A stretch of 64,000 nucleotides of DNA from Octopus sinensis. Taxonomy: Eukaryota. The stretch is taken from the NCBI RefSeq assembly GCF_006345805.1, contig NC_043019.1, positions 31,185,360 to 31,249,359 on the forward strand, written 5' to 3'. Positions 1-14,036 of the stretch are shown here, in pieces. The first letter of the stretch is position 1. Every line of letters starts with the position of its first letter. Made by a program: the position numbers and the translations under genes. The notes beneath the pieces were generated by a model that saw only the letters and a program-made list of their open reading frames with translations, did not search any database and was not told the DNA's origin.

Positions 1-1292
1 TCTTCCACAGGTTCCCTCAACCGCTAGGGTGTGGCACTTTTTCACACAACTATCTTCATCCATTCTCGCCACATGACCATACCAGCGCAAACGTCTCTCT
101 TGCACACCACAACTGATGCTTCTTAGGTCCAGCTTTTCTCTCAAGGTACTTACACTCTGCCGAGTGTGAGTACTGGCATTACACATCCATCGGAGCATAC
201 TGGCTTCATTTCTAGCGAGCTTATGCATATCCTCAGCAGTCACGGCCCATGTTTCACTGCCATGTAGCATGGCTGTTCATACACACGCATCATACAGTCT
301 GCCTTTCACTCTGTGCAAGAGGCCTTTTGTCACCAGCAGAGGTAAGAGCTCTCTCTCTGAACTTTGCCCAAGCTATTCTTACTCTAGCAGTTACACTTTC
401 AGCACACCCACCCCCGCGCTGCTGACTTGGTCACCTAGGTAACGGAAACTATCACTATTTCTAGTTTTTCTCCCTGGAAAGTGACGGAAGTTGGTCTCAG
501 AGCATTTCAGTGTTTATTGTTCCTGAGCATCTGCCACATACAAAAACCATCTTCCTAGTTAGCCTTCCTTTGACATTGCTGCATCTCTTATGTGTCCATA
601 GCTTACACTTGGTGCATCTTATAGAGTTTCTACCTACACCTTTTCTACAGATCGAGCAGGGCCATCTACCTGAAGGTGTTTGTGATTTGTCTACCTTCCT
701 ACTGATTACGACTTTGGTTTTAGCTAGATTGACTCTGAGGCCCTTCGATTCTAATCCTTGTTTCCACACCTGAAACTTCTCCTCCAGTTCTGATAGCGAC
801 TCAGCAATTAGAGCAAGGTCATCAGCATAGAGGAGCTCCCAAGGGCATCCTGTCTTGAATCCTCCGTTATGCCTGGAGGACTATGATAAATAGGAGGGGC
901 TGAGTACTGAGCCTTGGTGGACCCCTACCTCTACCCGGAATTCTTCACTGTACTCATTTCCAACCCTCACCCTACTAGCGGCGTCCCTATACATGGCCCG
1001 CACAGCTCTCACTAACCATTCATCTATCCCTAGTTTTCTCATTGCCCACCAGATAAGGGATCGGGGGACCCTGTGAAGGCTTTCTCCATGTCAACAAAAG
1101 CCAGGTACAGGGGCTATCTTGGCTAGGTATTTCTCCTGCAGCTGCCTTACCAGGAATATAGCATCAGTAGTACTTTTCCCTGGCACAAACCCAAACTGCA
1201 TCTCATCTAAACTAACTTTCTCTCTAATTAGTTGGGCTATGACCCTCTCCGTAACCTTCATCACCTGGTCCAACAGCTTGATACCTCTGTAA
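1..1292 (-). mobile_element. RTE-clade LINE, 5'-truncated, frameshifted; 3' part runs off the window start
   Basis: Minus-strand translation gives [76 protein letters not shown] and GLRVNLAKTKVV, then a Cys/His finger. Near-identical to 40131-42495. The 5' end abuts a (CA/TA)n tract. Confidence 0.92.
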
Positions 1293-1460
1293 TACATACA
1301 CACATACACAGTAACATATATACATATACATACACACACATACATATACACACACACACACACACTTATATATATATATACATACACACATACACATACA
1401 TATACATACATATATACATATACATATACACATACACATACATACACAAACATACACAGT

Positions 1461-1496
<36 letters not shown>

Positions 1497-1677
1497 ATAT
1501 ATACATATACATACACACATACACAGTAACATATATACATATACATACACACACATACCTATACACACACACACACACACTTATATATATATATATACAT
1601 ACACACATACACATACATATACATACATATATACATATACATATACACATACACATACATACACAAACATACACAGT

Positions 1678-1709
<32 letters not shown>

Positions 1710-1748
1710 CACACACACATACATATACACCTACACACACACATGTAT
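1293..1748. repeat. Compound (TA)n/(CA)n/(TACA)n microsatellite
   Basis: Directly visible dinucleotide and tetranucleotide repeats. Confidence 0.95.
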
Positions 1749-1873
1749 AAAGATCTGATTAAATGAAACGGATGAAAAAGATGAAAGGTGAAATATAGAA
1801 TGGTAAAACAATAAGATTAAAAAGTGAGGTATTTCTGCAAGCAACAGATAAATATTCTGTGTAAAAATACATA

Positions 1874-2018
1874 GTGGCTGCTTACCAACCACATGGTTCC
1901 AAGTTCAGTCTCACTGCATGGCACTTTGGGCAAAGTGTCTTCTACTAGAGTCTTGGGCTGACCAAAGCCTTGTGAGTGGATTTGGTAGACGGAAACTGAA
2001 AGAAGCCCATCATATATT

Positions 2019-2067
<49 letters not shown>

Positions 2068-2118
2068 CTTTGTGTCTGTGTTTCTCCCCCACCACCATTG
2101 CTTGACAACCGATGTTGG
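1874..2118 (+). mobile_element. tRNA-derived SINE family B (CORE-like core, internal microsatellite), partial
   Basis: Matches 56646-57048: cttaccaaccacatggttcc...ggcactttgggcaaagtgtcttctacta...(TG)n...ttgacaaccgatg. Confidence 0.8.
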
Positions 2119-2149
2119 CAAACTAAAGTAAAGTAACGTTACCATCTCT

Positions 2150-2335
2150 TCTTGAGTTATACAGACTCATAAGGGCCAATTTCCTGGTTTCCATGGCATA
2201 TATAATCCCCCCCACCTGGATGGGACACCAGTCCTTTGCAGGACGACTCACTTTTGCCAGCGGAGTAGACTGGAGCAACATGAAATGAAGCATTTTGCTC
2301 AAGAACACAATGTGTTGCCCAGCCCAGGAAGTTTG
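2150..2335 (-). mobile_element. SINE fragment with V-domain-like core
   Basis: cctggatgggacaccagtcctttgcagg is the reverse complement of a V-domain-like motif (ctgcgatggactggcgacctgtccagg). Related copies lie at 4500-4790 and 51405-51675. Confidence 0.5.
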
Positions 2336-3214
2336 TGCCTCCAACAATACCATATAGCAAATGTAGGAGGGGATACTGAAAAGTTCTTGGTTTTAAAGGT
2401 ATCGCAAAAGGACTGATTGGAGGCACAAACTTCCAAGTCGGGGGCTAGCATCGACCACGTTCAGATGGTGCTGTCTATCACCACCACTTGACAAACAGTG
2501 TGGGTCTGTTTATGTCCATGTAACTTAGCAATTTGGCAAAAGAGACTGATAGAGTAAGTTTCAGGCTTAAAAAGGGAAAATAATTATTGTAGTGAATTCG
2601 TTCGACTGAACCACACAAGGCCCCAGCAATGCTGCTGTGTTATGAATGAAATAAGTAGGATATAAAAGATAAAGACATTTATAAACCATTTGACAGAAAT
2701 TCACTTCAGAAAGATTTTAACTATCAAAGCAGTCAAAGGTGACAGAAGTTTATTTAATTTCAAGGTAGGTAAAAATGAAAGAATTTATGAGAATGTGCTG
2801 GAAGAATAAAACAAAACAAAGCAAAACATATAAAAAACGAAGCAAAAACCACAAAATTTAAAAGCAAGAAATGTACTTTAGATCGTTCAATTCTCTTTGA
2901 GTGAGCAAATTGTGAAGGAAAAAAGAAAACATAAAGAGAAAAGGCTCCCCCTTGTCTTTACGCCCGTTTTATTCCTGTAGATTTTACTTTTCGGTAAAGC
3001 TGACTAAAATCACGTGTCAATTAGATGCCAACCTTTAATCATTACCAAAGTGACTCTTTGAAGAAGTAATATATTTTCACTTTGTAGCCATTTTTATGAG
3101 CCTGGAATTGTAGCATGGTGCGGAAAATGAATTATTTTCAAAGAAATCTATGCAAAAATTGGTTGTTTCAGTTTTTCTGCGAGGGTGAGAGGAATAAAAC
3201 ATTGTGGAATTGGT

Positions 3215-3437
3215 ACTACTTCTACCATGTCATCTACTACTGCTGCTGCTGCTGCTACTACTACTACTACTACTAACTACTACTACTACTACTACTACTA
3301 CTATTACCATCGCCACTGCTCCCACCATCACCACTACCACAAACCACCACTACTTCCATCACCAGAGCTACCACCGGAGCCAAAAGCACTAATATCACTA
3401 GTTGTAGTGGTGGTGGTGGTGGTGGTGGTGGTGGTGA
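3215..3437. repeat. Compound trinucleotide tract (ACT/GCT/ACC) switching to (GTG)n
   Basis: Directly visible. Confidence 0.9.
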
Positions 3438-3611
3438 TCTATAAGCTTTTTTCATCCTCTGTTTATTTTCTCTTATTCCTTTCTGTTGAAGAGCCTAGGC
3501 TCGAAATGTAAAGGACATTTTCCTTTTCCCAAGCGTCAAACTAATACACTTGCTTGTTGTTCATACACCTGCCTTTGTCTTTTGTTTTTCTATAAATTTC
3601 AATTATATATT

Positions 3612-3950
3612 ATCATCATTGTTTAACATCCGCTTTCCATGCTGGCATGGGTTGGATGGTTCGATTGGGGACTGGCGAGCCAGTAGGCTGCACCAGGCTC
3701 CAATGTGATCTGGCAAGGTTTCTACAGTTGGATGCCCTTCCTAATGCCAACCACTCCAAGAATGTAGTGGGTGCTTTTTACATGCTACTGGCATGGGAGC
3801 CAGTCAGGCAGCACTGGCATTGACCACGTTTGGATGGTGCATTTTATGTGCCGCCAGCACAAGAGCCAGTAGTGGAGCAGACTGGCATTGACCATGTTTG
3901 GATGGTGCTTTTTACATGCCACCAGCACGGGGAGCCAGCATGGGATTGCA
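3612..3950 (-). mobile_element. 3'-terminal fragment of the RTE LINE family (3' UTR repeat array plus tail)
   Basis: gtttaacatccgctttccatgctggcatgggttggatggtt is the reverse complement of the RTE 3' end at 42430-42480, and the repeated ttttacatgccaccagcac units match its 3' UTR. Confidence 0.8.
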
Positions 3951-3959
3951 CCTAGAAAG

Positions 3960-4247
3960 GTAACCTCCCAAGTACAAGTCCAGGCAAGGTTGTTTATGGA
4001 AGACCAGCAGTCACCCATGCATACCAGCTTCCCCTCTCCACACCACTGATGTTATCCAAGGGAAAGTCAAAGGCCAATATAAGTTGGCACCTGTGATGTC
4101 GCATCTCATTTCTACAGCTGAGTGAACTGGAGCAACGCGAAATAAAGTGTCTTGCTCAAGAACACAACAAGCAGCCCGGTCCGGGATTCGAACTCACAAC
4201 CTCACGATCGTAAGCTTGACACTCTAACTACTGAGCCATGCACCTTC
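3960..4247 (-). mobile_element. tRNA-derived SINE
   Basis: The minus strand begins with a tRNA-like head (A box tggctcagtagttag, B box gttcgaatccc) followed by tgttcttgagcaagacactt. Confidence 0.7.
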
Positions 4248-4294
<47 letters not shown>

Positions 4295-4499
4295 GGCTGC
4301 ATGCAGGACAAAATGTTTTACTGTCTTAAGGTTCTGAGTTCAGATTCCTCTAAGCTAAGCTTTGCCTTTCGCATAATCTCAAGGTCAATGAAATAAGCAC
4401 CAGTTAAGCACTGAAGCCAATGTAATCAAGTAACCCCACCCACCACTCTACTGAAAACCTCAAGCCTTCTACCTATAGTAAAAACGATAAACATCACCC

Positions 4500-4790
4500 T
4501 TTTCAAGCTTAGCCATGTTCATGGGCCCGGTTTCCCAGTTTCTGTGGGGTATGTGTTCCTCCCAGCTGGACGGGATGCCGGTCCATCGCATCGTTACTCA
4601 AGAAACAGGAAGAGGGAGTGAGAGAAAGTTGGGGTGAAAGAGTACAACAGGGGTTGCCACCACCCCCTGCTGGAGCCTCGTGGAGCTTTTAGGTGTTTTC
4701 ACTCAATAAACATACACAACGCCTGGTCTGGGAATTGAAACCGCGATCCTCTGACCACCAGTCCTCTGCCCTAACCACTGGGCCATTGCA
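4500..4790 (-). mobile_element. tRNA-SINE family C head with V-domain-like tail
   Basis: The head matches 44410-44722; the tail contains ctggacgggatgccggtccatcgca. Confidence 0.7.
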
Positions 4791-5419
4791 CCTATAGTAT
4801 TTCACATTTCTCCAATCCACTCAGATTGTACTCAACTGAGTTGTACTTGTAATTCAAAGGGGCTAGTTTTCTCACCTTCTGTGTCACACCAAATCTCCCC
4901 GAGAACAACATTAAGGATATGCATGTCTGTGGAGTGCTCAGCCGCTTGCACCTCCATTTATGCCTATAGTAGAAAAGATTATTATAATTAGTTTTTCTGA
5001 CTTGTCTTTTTAGTTCAATTGAAAATAGTTAACTTTAACCTATTACTAGGACTGCTAGTGTATTGATTTCAGTTATGTTAGTATTTTTTTCAGTTAGCTC
5101 TCTTAATTTGTTCTTTCAATTATTTGCATTTACATTTACAAGAGTTCATTGATTCCTAAGTATTTCTACGTCTGTGTTTAGTTTAATTCTCTTATCTCAG
5201 TTCCTTTATCTAGCATGACATTAGTATTTGTAATTAATTTCTCTCTCTCTCTTCCATGTTACCTTGGTGCATTTCCCCTAATCCAAAACTCATATCAGTT
5301 TCTCTGGTAAATCCAGGCACTTTACTCTACTCAATGCATTTGTATCCGAAAAAAATCCTGTTTGACATGTTGGTTAGAGCAAGACCAAAAAAAAACCAAA
5401 AAACAAATAGAAGTACAGT

Positions 5420-5976
5420 CAGGGCTGTGTGGTAGGAAGTTTGTTTTCCAACCACATGATTCTGGGTTCAATCCCAATGCGTGGCATCTTGGGCAAATGT
5501 CTTCTACTATAGCCTCAGACCGTCCAAACCTTGTGAGTGGATTTCATAGATGGAAATTGAAAGACGTCCTTCCCAACCACATGGTTTTGGGTTCAGCCCC
5601 ACTGCATGGCACCTCGGGCAAGTGTCTTCTACTATGGCCCCAGACCAACTAAAGCCTTGTATTAGAATTAAGTAGATGGAAACTGAAAAACGTTTATTAC
5701 ATATAAGTGCATGCATGCATGTGTGTGTGTCTGTATGTCTACGTGTCTGCATGCCTGTCTGTATGTCTGTCTTTGTCCCCCACCACTGCATAACAACCGG
5801 TGTTGGTGTGTTTATGTCCCCATAATTTAGCAATTTGGTGAAGGAGACTGACAGAATAAGTACCAGGCTTAAAGAAGAAAAAAAGTCCTGTAGTTGATTT
5901 ATCTGAGTAAAATTCCCCAAGGTGGTGCCCCAGCATGGCCACAATCAAATGACTGAAACAAGTAAAAGAATAAAAG
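5420..5976 (+). mobile_element. Two tandem SINE family B units (a partial head followed by a near-complete copy)
   Basis: Duplicated head sequence followed by the 3' tail gcatggccacaatcaaatgactgaaacaagtaaaaga. Confidence 0.8.
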
Positions 5977-6465
5977 TGAAAAAAGAATATTTTAATCTTT
6001 CTGAAATAATGTTTAAAGTGATCTGTAGGATCGAAAATACAATTTCAAAGTGTTCATGATGTCATTGTGAGGATCTGATGAAAGACTTTGTAATTAAAAA
6101 AAAAAACAGAAGAAAATGTTTTAAATATAAATAAAGTGTAAGAATACAAAATAAACATTATTTTTCATCTTACACTTAGATTTGTTTCATTGTGAAAAAT
6201 ATAAAATTATTTTATGGCTTATTATTGTTTATATTTTGAATTACATATATTTGGGGGCACCAAAGGCTTTAAAGTGCCTCTATGGGTCTTAATTTGGCTC
6301 TGATCTAAGCACATACAAACAAATGCTTTATTGCACTCTCCTGTTTTTTAAGATCAGAGTGTGATTTGAGAGAGATTTAGTTCCTTTTTCTTGCAGAATC
6401 ATGCAACCATGCAGAGGCTCTTTTATTTGCTTTCTTTTTTCCTTTCTTGCCTTATTCTTTTTGGG

Positions 6466-6614
6466 AGGCACAGATGTGGCTGCATGGTAAGGAGTTTGCT
6501 TCCCAACCACATAGTTCCAGGTTCAGTCCCACTGCATGGTACTTTGGACAAATCTCTTCTGTTGATGAATGCCTTGTGAGTGGATTTGGTAAACAGAAAC
6601 TGAAAGAAACCTGC

Positions 6615-6648
<34 letters not shown>

Positions 6649-6855
6649 TGTTTTTGTGTCTTATGTTTGTGTTTGTCCACCACCACCACTTGGCAACCAG
6701 TGTTGGTTTGTTTACATCCCTCTTACTTAGTGATTTGACATAAGAGGCTGATAGAGAAAAAAAGTACCAGGTTCCAGTTCCTCTAACTAAATTCTTTCAG
6801 GACAATGCGCCAGCATGGCCGCAATCCAATGATTGAAACAAGTAAAAGATAAAAG
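6466..6855 (+). mobile_element. SINE family B, near full length
   Basis: tRNA-like head, internal (TG)n, and tail gattgaaacaagtaaaagataaaag. Confidence 0.85.
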
Positions 6856-7149
6856 AACAGAACTGGAGACATTTTGTGTACAGATTAGATTTATATGCTG
6901 TATCATTACATCTGTGTGGAGGATATGTTCCATTTAATCATCAACAGCATCATCACCACCACCACCAACAACACGACGACGTGGACCACCACCACCACCA
7001 TCATCACCATCGTCGTTGTCATCATCATCATCATCACCAAATAGATTAAGGAAGAGATAATGTGATAAAAATCTATGGTAAAAAGAAAATCTCATTTCAT
7101 AAACAATTTGACATGATGGCTTTTTTTCATGGCTGTTGCAGAAGCAGTA

Positions 7150-7620
7150 GTTTTGTTGTTGTTGCTGAGGTAGTGGTGGTGGCAGCGGCGGTGGTGGTGG
7201 TAGTGATGGTGGTGGGGCAGTAGTGGCGGTGGTGGTGGTGGTGGTGGTTGTGGTGGTGGCGGTGGCGGCGGCGGTTGTGGTGGTGGCGGTGGTGGCGGCG
7301 GTTGTGGTTGTAGTGGTGGTGGTGGTGGTGGTGGTGGTGATTTTTGATGAACTTATAAATAATTATGAATTTATTTTACTATCTATTTGGAACTTTTATG
7401 ATGATGAGGAGGAGGACGACGACAATGACAGCGACAATGATGATGATGACAACGTTGACAATGAGGAAACCGACAATGATGATGATGATGATGATGATGA
7501 TGGTGGAGATGACAATGATGACAGTGATGAAACCAATGGTGATGATGACGACGATGATGATGAGGAGGAGGATATCAAGAACAATGACGATGATGATGAT
7601 AATGATGGTGATGATGATGG

Positions 7621-7674
<54 letters not shown>

Positions 7675-7695
7675 CGATGATATGATGACGATGAT

Positions 7696-7759
<64 letters not shown>

Positions 7760-7865
7760 GTGATGGTGATGGTGATGATGATGATGATGATGACGATGAT
7801 GAAGATGATGACGATGATGATGATGGTGATGATGGTGATGATGATGATGATGATTATGTTGATGG
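7150..7865. repeat. (GTG)n/(GAT)n/(CTG)n compound trinucleotide tract
   Basis: Directly visible; it accounts for the poly-V/D/M ORFs. Confidence 0.95.
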
Positions 7866-8052
7866 TGATTACATTTGCACTGAAAAGAATAATATTAAAG
7901 CTGGAGGGTCAAATTTTTATAAACCAGGAGCAAATTTTTAACAACAGAAACAACAGCAACAACAAGAACAATGACAACAACAAAAACAAATGAAAAGCAT
8001 GTATCCCTACTCTTTTATCTGTAACTAATGTTGGCTGGTCGATTCATATGAT

Positions 8053-8170
8053 ACTCTCTCTCTCTCTTTCTCTCTCTCTCTCCTTCTCTCTCTCTCTCCT
8101 TCTCATTCTCTCCTCTCTCTCCTTCTCTTTCTCTCTCTCTCTCTTTCTCTTTCCTCTCTCTCTCTCTCTC

Positions 8171-8204
<34 letters not shown>

Positions 8205-8239
8205 CTCTCTCTCTTTCTCTCTTTCTCTTTCTCTCTCTC

Positions 8240-8300
<61 letters not shown>

Positions 8301-8351
8301 TTCTCTTTCTCTTTCTCTCTCTCTCTTTTTCTCTTTCTCTGTCTTTATCTT

Positions 8352-8384
<33 letters not shown>

Positions 8385-8412
8385 TTCTCTCTCTCTCTTT
8401 CTCTCTCTTTCT
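8053..8412. repeat. (CT)n/(CTTT)n polypyrimidine microsatellite
   Basis: Directly visible. Confidence 0.95.
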
Positions 8413-9004
8413 ACGGAAGGGATTCCCAGAACTCAACAAGTTTGAATTAATTATTGTTAAGGAATTAGGTTTTACGGATGCATTCGAAATAGCTTGTTAC
8501 AAAAGATTTTTTAATACTTTTAACACATTTTAGGAATTGTTCAATGGTGAGTTTTTGTCATGCTTTGATGCACTTTGACAAACTGTAGAGTTGTTTGAAT
8601 TATTGAATATGCTATAGGAAAAAAAAAAAATAAATAACCACCACAAACCACCACCACCACCACCACGCCACCGAAGCAAACCAAAACGGAATCATTGAAA
8701 GTATTGGAAATTGGTTTTGCAGGGATTTTACAATGAATGTGTTTAATGTAAGCATTGAGGAGATTCTGTCAGTTTTGGTTTATTCTTGGTTGGGTTCTCC
8801 GAAAGAATGGAAAGGAAGATGGAAGTGAAAAGCTAAAATAACTATAAGAAGGAATGAAAAGAAACAAAAGACAAAAGAAAAAGGGGAAAAAAATAATGGC
8901 TAGAAGCCTACATCCGAATTACCTCCAATTTCTAGCGGATAATGGAATCAATAGACTCTGGTGTGGTTAATAAAATTTTTGAGTTCTCAAAAATAAAAAA
9001 GAGA

Positions 9005-9630
<626 letters not shown>

Positions 9631-9927
9631 TGTGAGAGATTCATTGTATATGATTGTTATTGCTCGCAGGTAGTTAGAAGTGCTATTTTAAATTTAGTGG
9701 GATGTCACCTACAAAAAAGAAGTTTGCTTTAATGCAGGCCATGAATTTGATGTTACATCGATGCTATAGAACATCTGAAATGTGCGTACAACTTGTAAAA
9801 GGCTTTGCCATAATTAATAGAACAAGCAGCAGATGGTGATCTTTTATTTTTATTAATTTGATTTTTTCAGTCAGTGCATAGGAACCATTCTGGAGCACTG
9901 CCCTCAAGAACTTTTAGTCAATCAGAT

Positions 9928-10292
9928 CCACACACATGCACACACACACACACACACACATGCACACACACACTTGCATACACGCATACACACATGCAGG
10001 CACACATGTAGGCATATACACACATGCATACAATTACATACACTTGCACAAACATACACTCACATACATGCATGCATACACACATGTACATTCACACACT
10101 TGCACACACATACACTCATATACATGCATGCTTGCACACATGCACATGCACACAAACACACATACCCACATGCACATGCACACACACATACAGCCTCACA
10201 CACACATACATACATACACACTCTCATGCATAAACACACTTGCACATACACACACAGGCATACACACATGCACACACACACATGCACACATA
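9928..10292. repeat. Cryptic (CA)n tract
   Basis: Directly visible. Confidence 0.9.
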
Positions 10293-12074
10293 TTGAACCT
10301 CCCAGTAATTTGTCTGGTGTTTACTTTTATTTACCTCAGAAAAATGGAAGGTAAAGTCTACCCAGGTGTACAGGGCTGTAATCAAAAATAAAATAATTTT
10401 GTTCAGTGCTCCAGCCTAGTCAGTCGTTCCCTGCCAATCAAAATCATCATCATTATTACCATCATCATCAACATTATTACATCATCATCATCATCCTTGT
10501 CATCATCATCGTTGTCGTTGTCATCATCATCATCATTGTCATAATCATCATCATTTTCATCGCTGTCTTTGTCATCATCATCATCATCATCATTTAACAT
10601 CCGTTCTCCATGCTTCAATGGGTCGGACCATTTGGAAATTGGTTTTGCAGGGATTTTACAATGAATGTGCTTAATGTAAGCATTGAGGAGTTACATCGAC
10701 CCCAATATATAACTGGTAATTACTTTATCAACTCTGAAAGGATGAAAGGCAATATTAACCTCAACAGAATTCGAAATCAGAACATGAAGACGGACAAAAT
10801 GTTGCTAATTATTTTATTCAGCATGCTAACGATTCTGACAGCTCACCGCCTTCTGCCATTAAATATATTAATTTTAACTTATTGCTTATTTATCATGTGG
10901 TTGACATTTTTTATATACTCGTTAATTCTTGACGCTTATTCATGCACACTGCTTGTGAATTGCTTAATGATTTTCTTGTCATCAGTTTGGTGAGTACAGA
11001 CAAGTATATTATTCCTCTAGAAAATCTAATAAAACCAAAGCGTATATACAGTTATCTTGCATACTTGCCAAAATCATTAAGATAATATTTGTCAATAAGA
11101 TAATGTTGTATTTTCTTCCTTACCTAATTATTTGAATTTTTGTTGTTCACTTCATGAGTTATGCCAATACTGTTGTGTCTCATGATGTCTTTGAGTAATT
11201 AATCTTAATGTTATTATGTATTAAAAAGGCAATATACATATTTGAGAGACACACACACAATATATCTATAAGAGATTTTATTTCAGATGAAAAATGCAGC
11301 ATCATGCCTGTCAAAAGTATGTATACATCAAGTATGATACATAGATGATTATTTTAGTTTGATACTGCATCGATTGCATACACTGAGTTTATAGTCAGCC
11401 CTGTAGCTATTTGCAGTATCAGTGAATGTATTTTTCATTGTTTTTTATATATCAAGGATGTAAAACTTTATCTAAGCATGTGACTACAAGTGCATGCCAT
11501 TAACAAGGCACAAGAAGGCCAAAATGCATCTGGCTTTCAAGATAGCTACTACAGAGTGGCTTTCCATTTTCTCCCAATATATATTAGATTTTATTCAACA
11601 AAAACAATAACAACATTTAACAAAAACATCTTTAAATGATTATTCCGACTGGCTGCCAAGTAAATGGGAAGCAGTAACTGAAGTTGATGGTGAATATGCA
11701 TCGGAATAATCATTTAAAAATGTTTTTGTTATATGTTGTTATAGTTTTGGTTGAATAAAATTTATTGAAAAAAAGCCACACTAATTATGCACCAACCTAA
11801 TATATATATACCACACACACACACACACGCACACACATACATATATCTACATATACATACACACACACATACACATATTAAATAAGATACATGAATGACT
11901 ATTTTAATTCAATATAACTTGAATTGCATACACTGAGTTTATATTCAGCCCAGTAGCTATTCCCAATATCAGTGAATGTATAATTGCCTATTCATTATAT
12001 ACTGGGGATAAAAAATTTGGTCTTAGCATATGGCTGCAAGTGTGCATCGTTAACTTCAAGAATTTTAGTCACAT

Positions 12075-12348
12075 GAATTGATGCCAGTGCTTACTTATTT
12101 TATCAGTCTCTTTGCCAAGCTGCTAAGTTACAGGGACATAAACATACCAACACTAGTTGGAAAGTGGTGGTGTGGACAAACACTGACACACATAAACACA
12201 CACACAATTTTATGATGGGCTTCTTTCAGTTTCTGTCCACCAAATCCACTCAGCCTGAGGCTATAGCAGAAGACACTTGCCCAAGGTGTCTTGCTGTGGT
12301 ACTGAACCCAGAACCATGTGGTTGGTAAGCAAACTTCTTATCACATAC
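12075..12348 (-). mobile_element. SINE family B, degenerate partial copy
   Basis: Reverse complement of the family B body and head. Confidence 0.75.
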
Positions 12349-12782
12349 TCTCATCACCTATATAAGAGATTTTATCTTTGACAAAAACTGCAATAAATTG
12401 CCTGTTAATGGAGTATATACATTTAGTATGATACATAGATGGCTCTTTCAAACTACTTTTCTATCTATTTCAGTTACAAGATTGCATGCACACTGAGGTA
12501 GTACCTTGAAGCATTTTTAGTCACATTAATTTGCTTTTAGTTTGTTTCATGCCTCAGTGCAGCAATTCCTCTTATATTTCCATATTAACTGTTTGGTATT
12601 TGATAGTTTAATGCCTGTTGTTAAGTCTTTGGGCAGGAGGTAAAGTTCTCTCAAGATATTAGCATTCGAGAATAAACACTGGAAAATATTCCCAAAACAC
12701 AGATTTTTCCAACTGACAACAAAAACAATAATATAAAACAAAGAGATATAAATATTGTACATAAACTATTATATGACTGTGA

Positions 12783-12830
<48 letters not shown>

Positions 12831-13047
12831 ATGTTTGTGTGTGTGTGTGTATGTTTGTGTGTGTGTGTCTGTCAGTGTGTGTTTGTGGTGTGTGTGTGTG
12901 CACAGACACACACACCACACACACATGCATGTACACATATGTATAATCTTGTTCAATTTCAGTTTACAGAGTATAATCTTTATGGCATGGCTATTAGTTT
13001 CAAATGGTTCTTAACTGAGAAAGTATTGATTTCATCTTTGCTTTTAA

Positions 13048-13087
<40 letters not shown>

Positions 13088-13121
13088 TAATAATAATAAT
13101 AACAACAATAATAATAACAAT

Positions 13122-13207
<86 letters not shown>

Positions 13208-13228
13208 TGATGATGATGATAATGATAA

Positions 13229-13445
13229 TTCTTTCTGCTAAAGGCTCATGACCTGAAAATTTTGGAGGCAGATACTAGTCAATTACATTGACCCCCCCAA
13301 TGTCTCACTGGTACTTAATTTATCAACCCTGAAAGGATAAAAGGCATAGGTGACCTTGATGGAATTTCAAATCAGAAAATAAAGACAGATGAAATGCTGT
13401 TAAGCATTTTGCCCAGCATGCTAACGCTTCTACCAGCTCACCACC

Positions 13446-13448
<3 letters not shown>
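13229..13448 (-). mobile_element. tRNA-derived SINE family A ((ATT)n-tailed variant)
   Basis: The minus strand begins aaggtggtgagctggtagaagcgttagc and ends agaaagaattatc, with (AAT)n on both sides. Confidence 0.85.
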
Positions 13449-13501
<53 letters not shown>

Positions 13502-13535
13502 CATAATGATGAGGATAATGATGATGATGATGATG

Positions 13536-13572
<37 letters not shown>

Positions 13573-13596
13573 TGATGATGATGATGATAATGATAA

Positions 13597-13813
13597 TTCT
13601 TTCTGCTAAAGGCTCATGACCTGAAAATTTTGGAGGCAGATACTAGTCAATTACATTGACCCCCCCAATGTCTCACTGGTACTTAATTTATCAACCCTGA
13701 AAGGATAAAAGGCATAGGTGACCTTGATGGAATTTCAAATCAGAAAATAAAGACAGATGAAATGCTGTTAAGCATTTTGCCCAGCATGCTAACGCTTCTA
13801 CCAGCTCACCACC

Positions 13814-13816
<3 letters not shown>
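13597..13816 (-). mobile_element. SINE family A, identical duplicate of 13229-13448
   Basis: Base-for-base match at an offset of 368 bp, including its private mutations. Confidence 0.85.
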
Positions 13817-13867
<51 letters not shown>

Positions 13868-13899
13868 TAATAATGATGATGATGATGATGATGATGATG

Positions 13900-13937
<38 letters not shown>

Positions 13938-13977
13938 CATAATGATGAGGATAATGATGATGATGATGATGATGATG

Positions 13978-14010
<33 letters not shown>

Positions 14011-14036
14011 GTGATAATAATAATAATAATAATGAT

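Noticed and set aside
7223-7993. 256-aa ORF rich in V/D/M
   Set aside because: It is a pure translation of (GTG)n/(GAT)n/(CTG)n microsatellite with no domain content. The same applies to the many poly-I/Y/H/T/S ORFs across the window.
8413-8546. Exon-like stretch after the (CT)n tract ending in ATG|GTGAGT
   Set aside because: Stops occur in the frames tested on both strands and there is no recognisable protein similarity; the polypyrimidine tract is a microsatellite.
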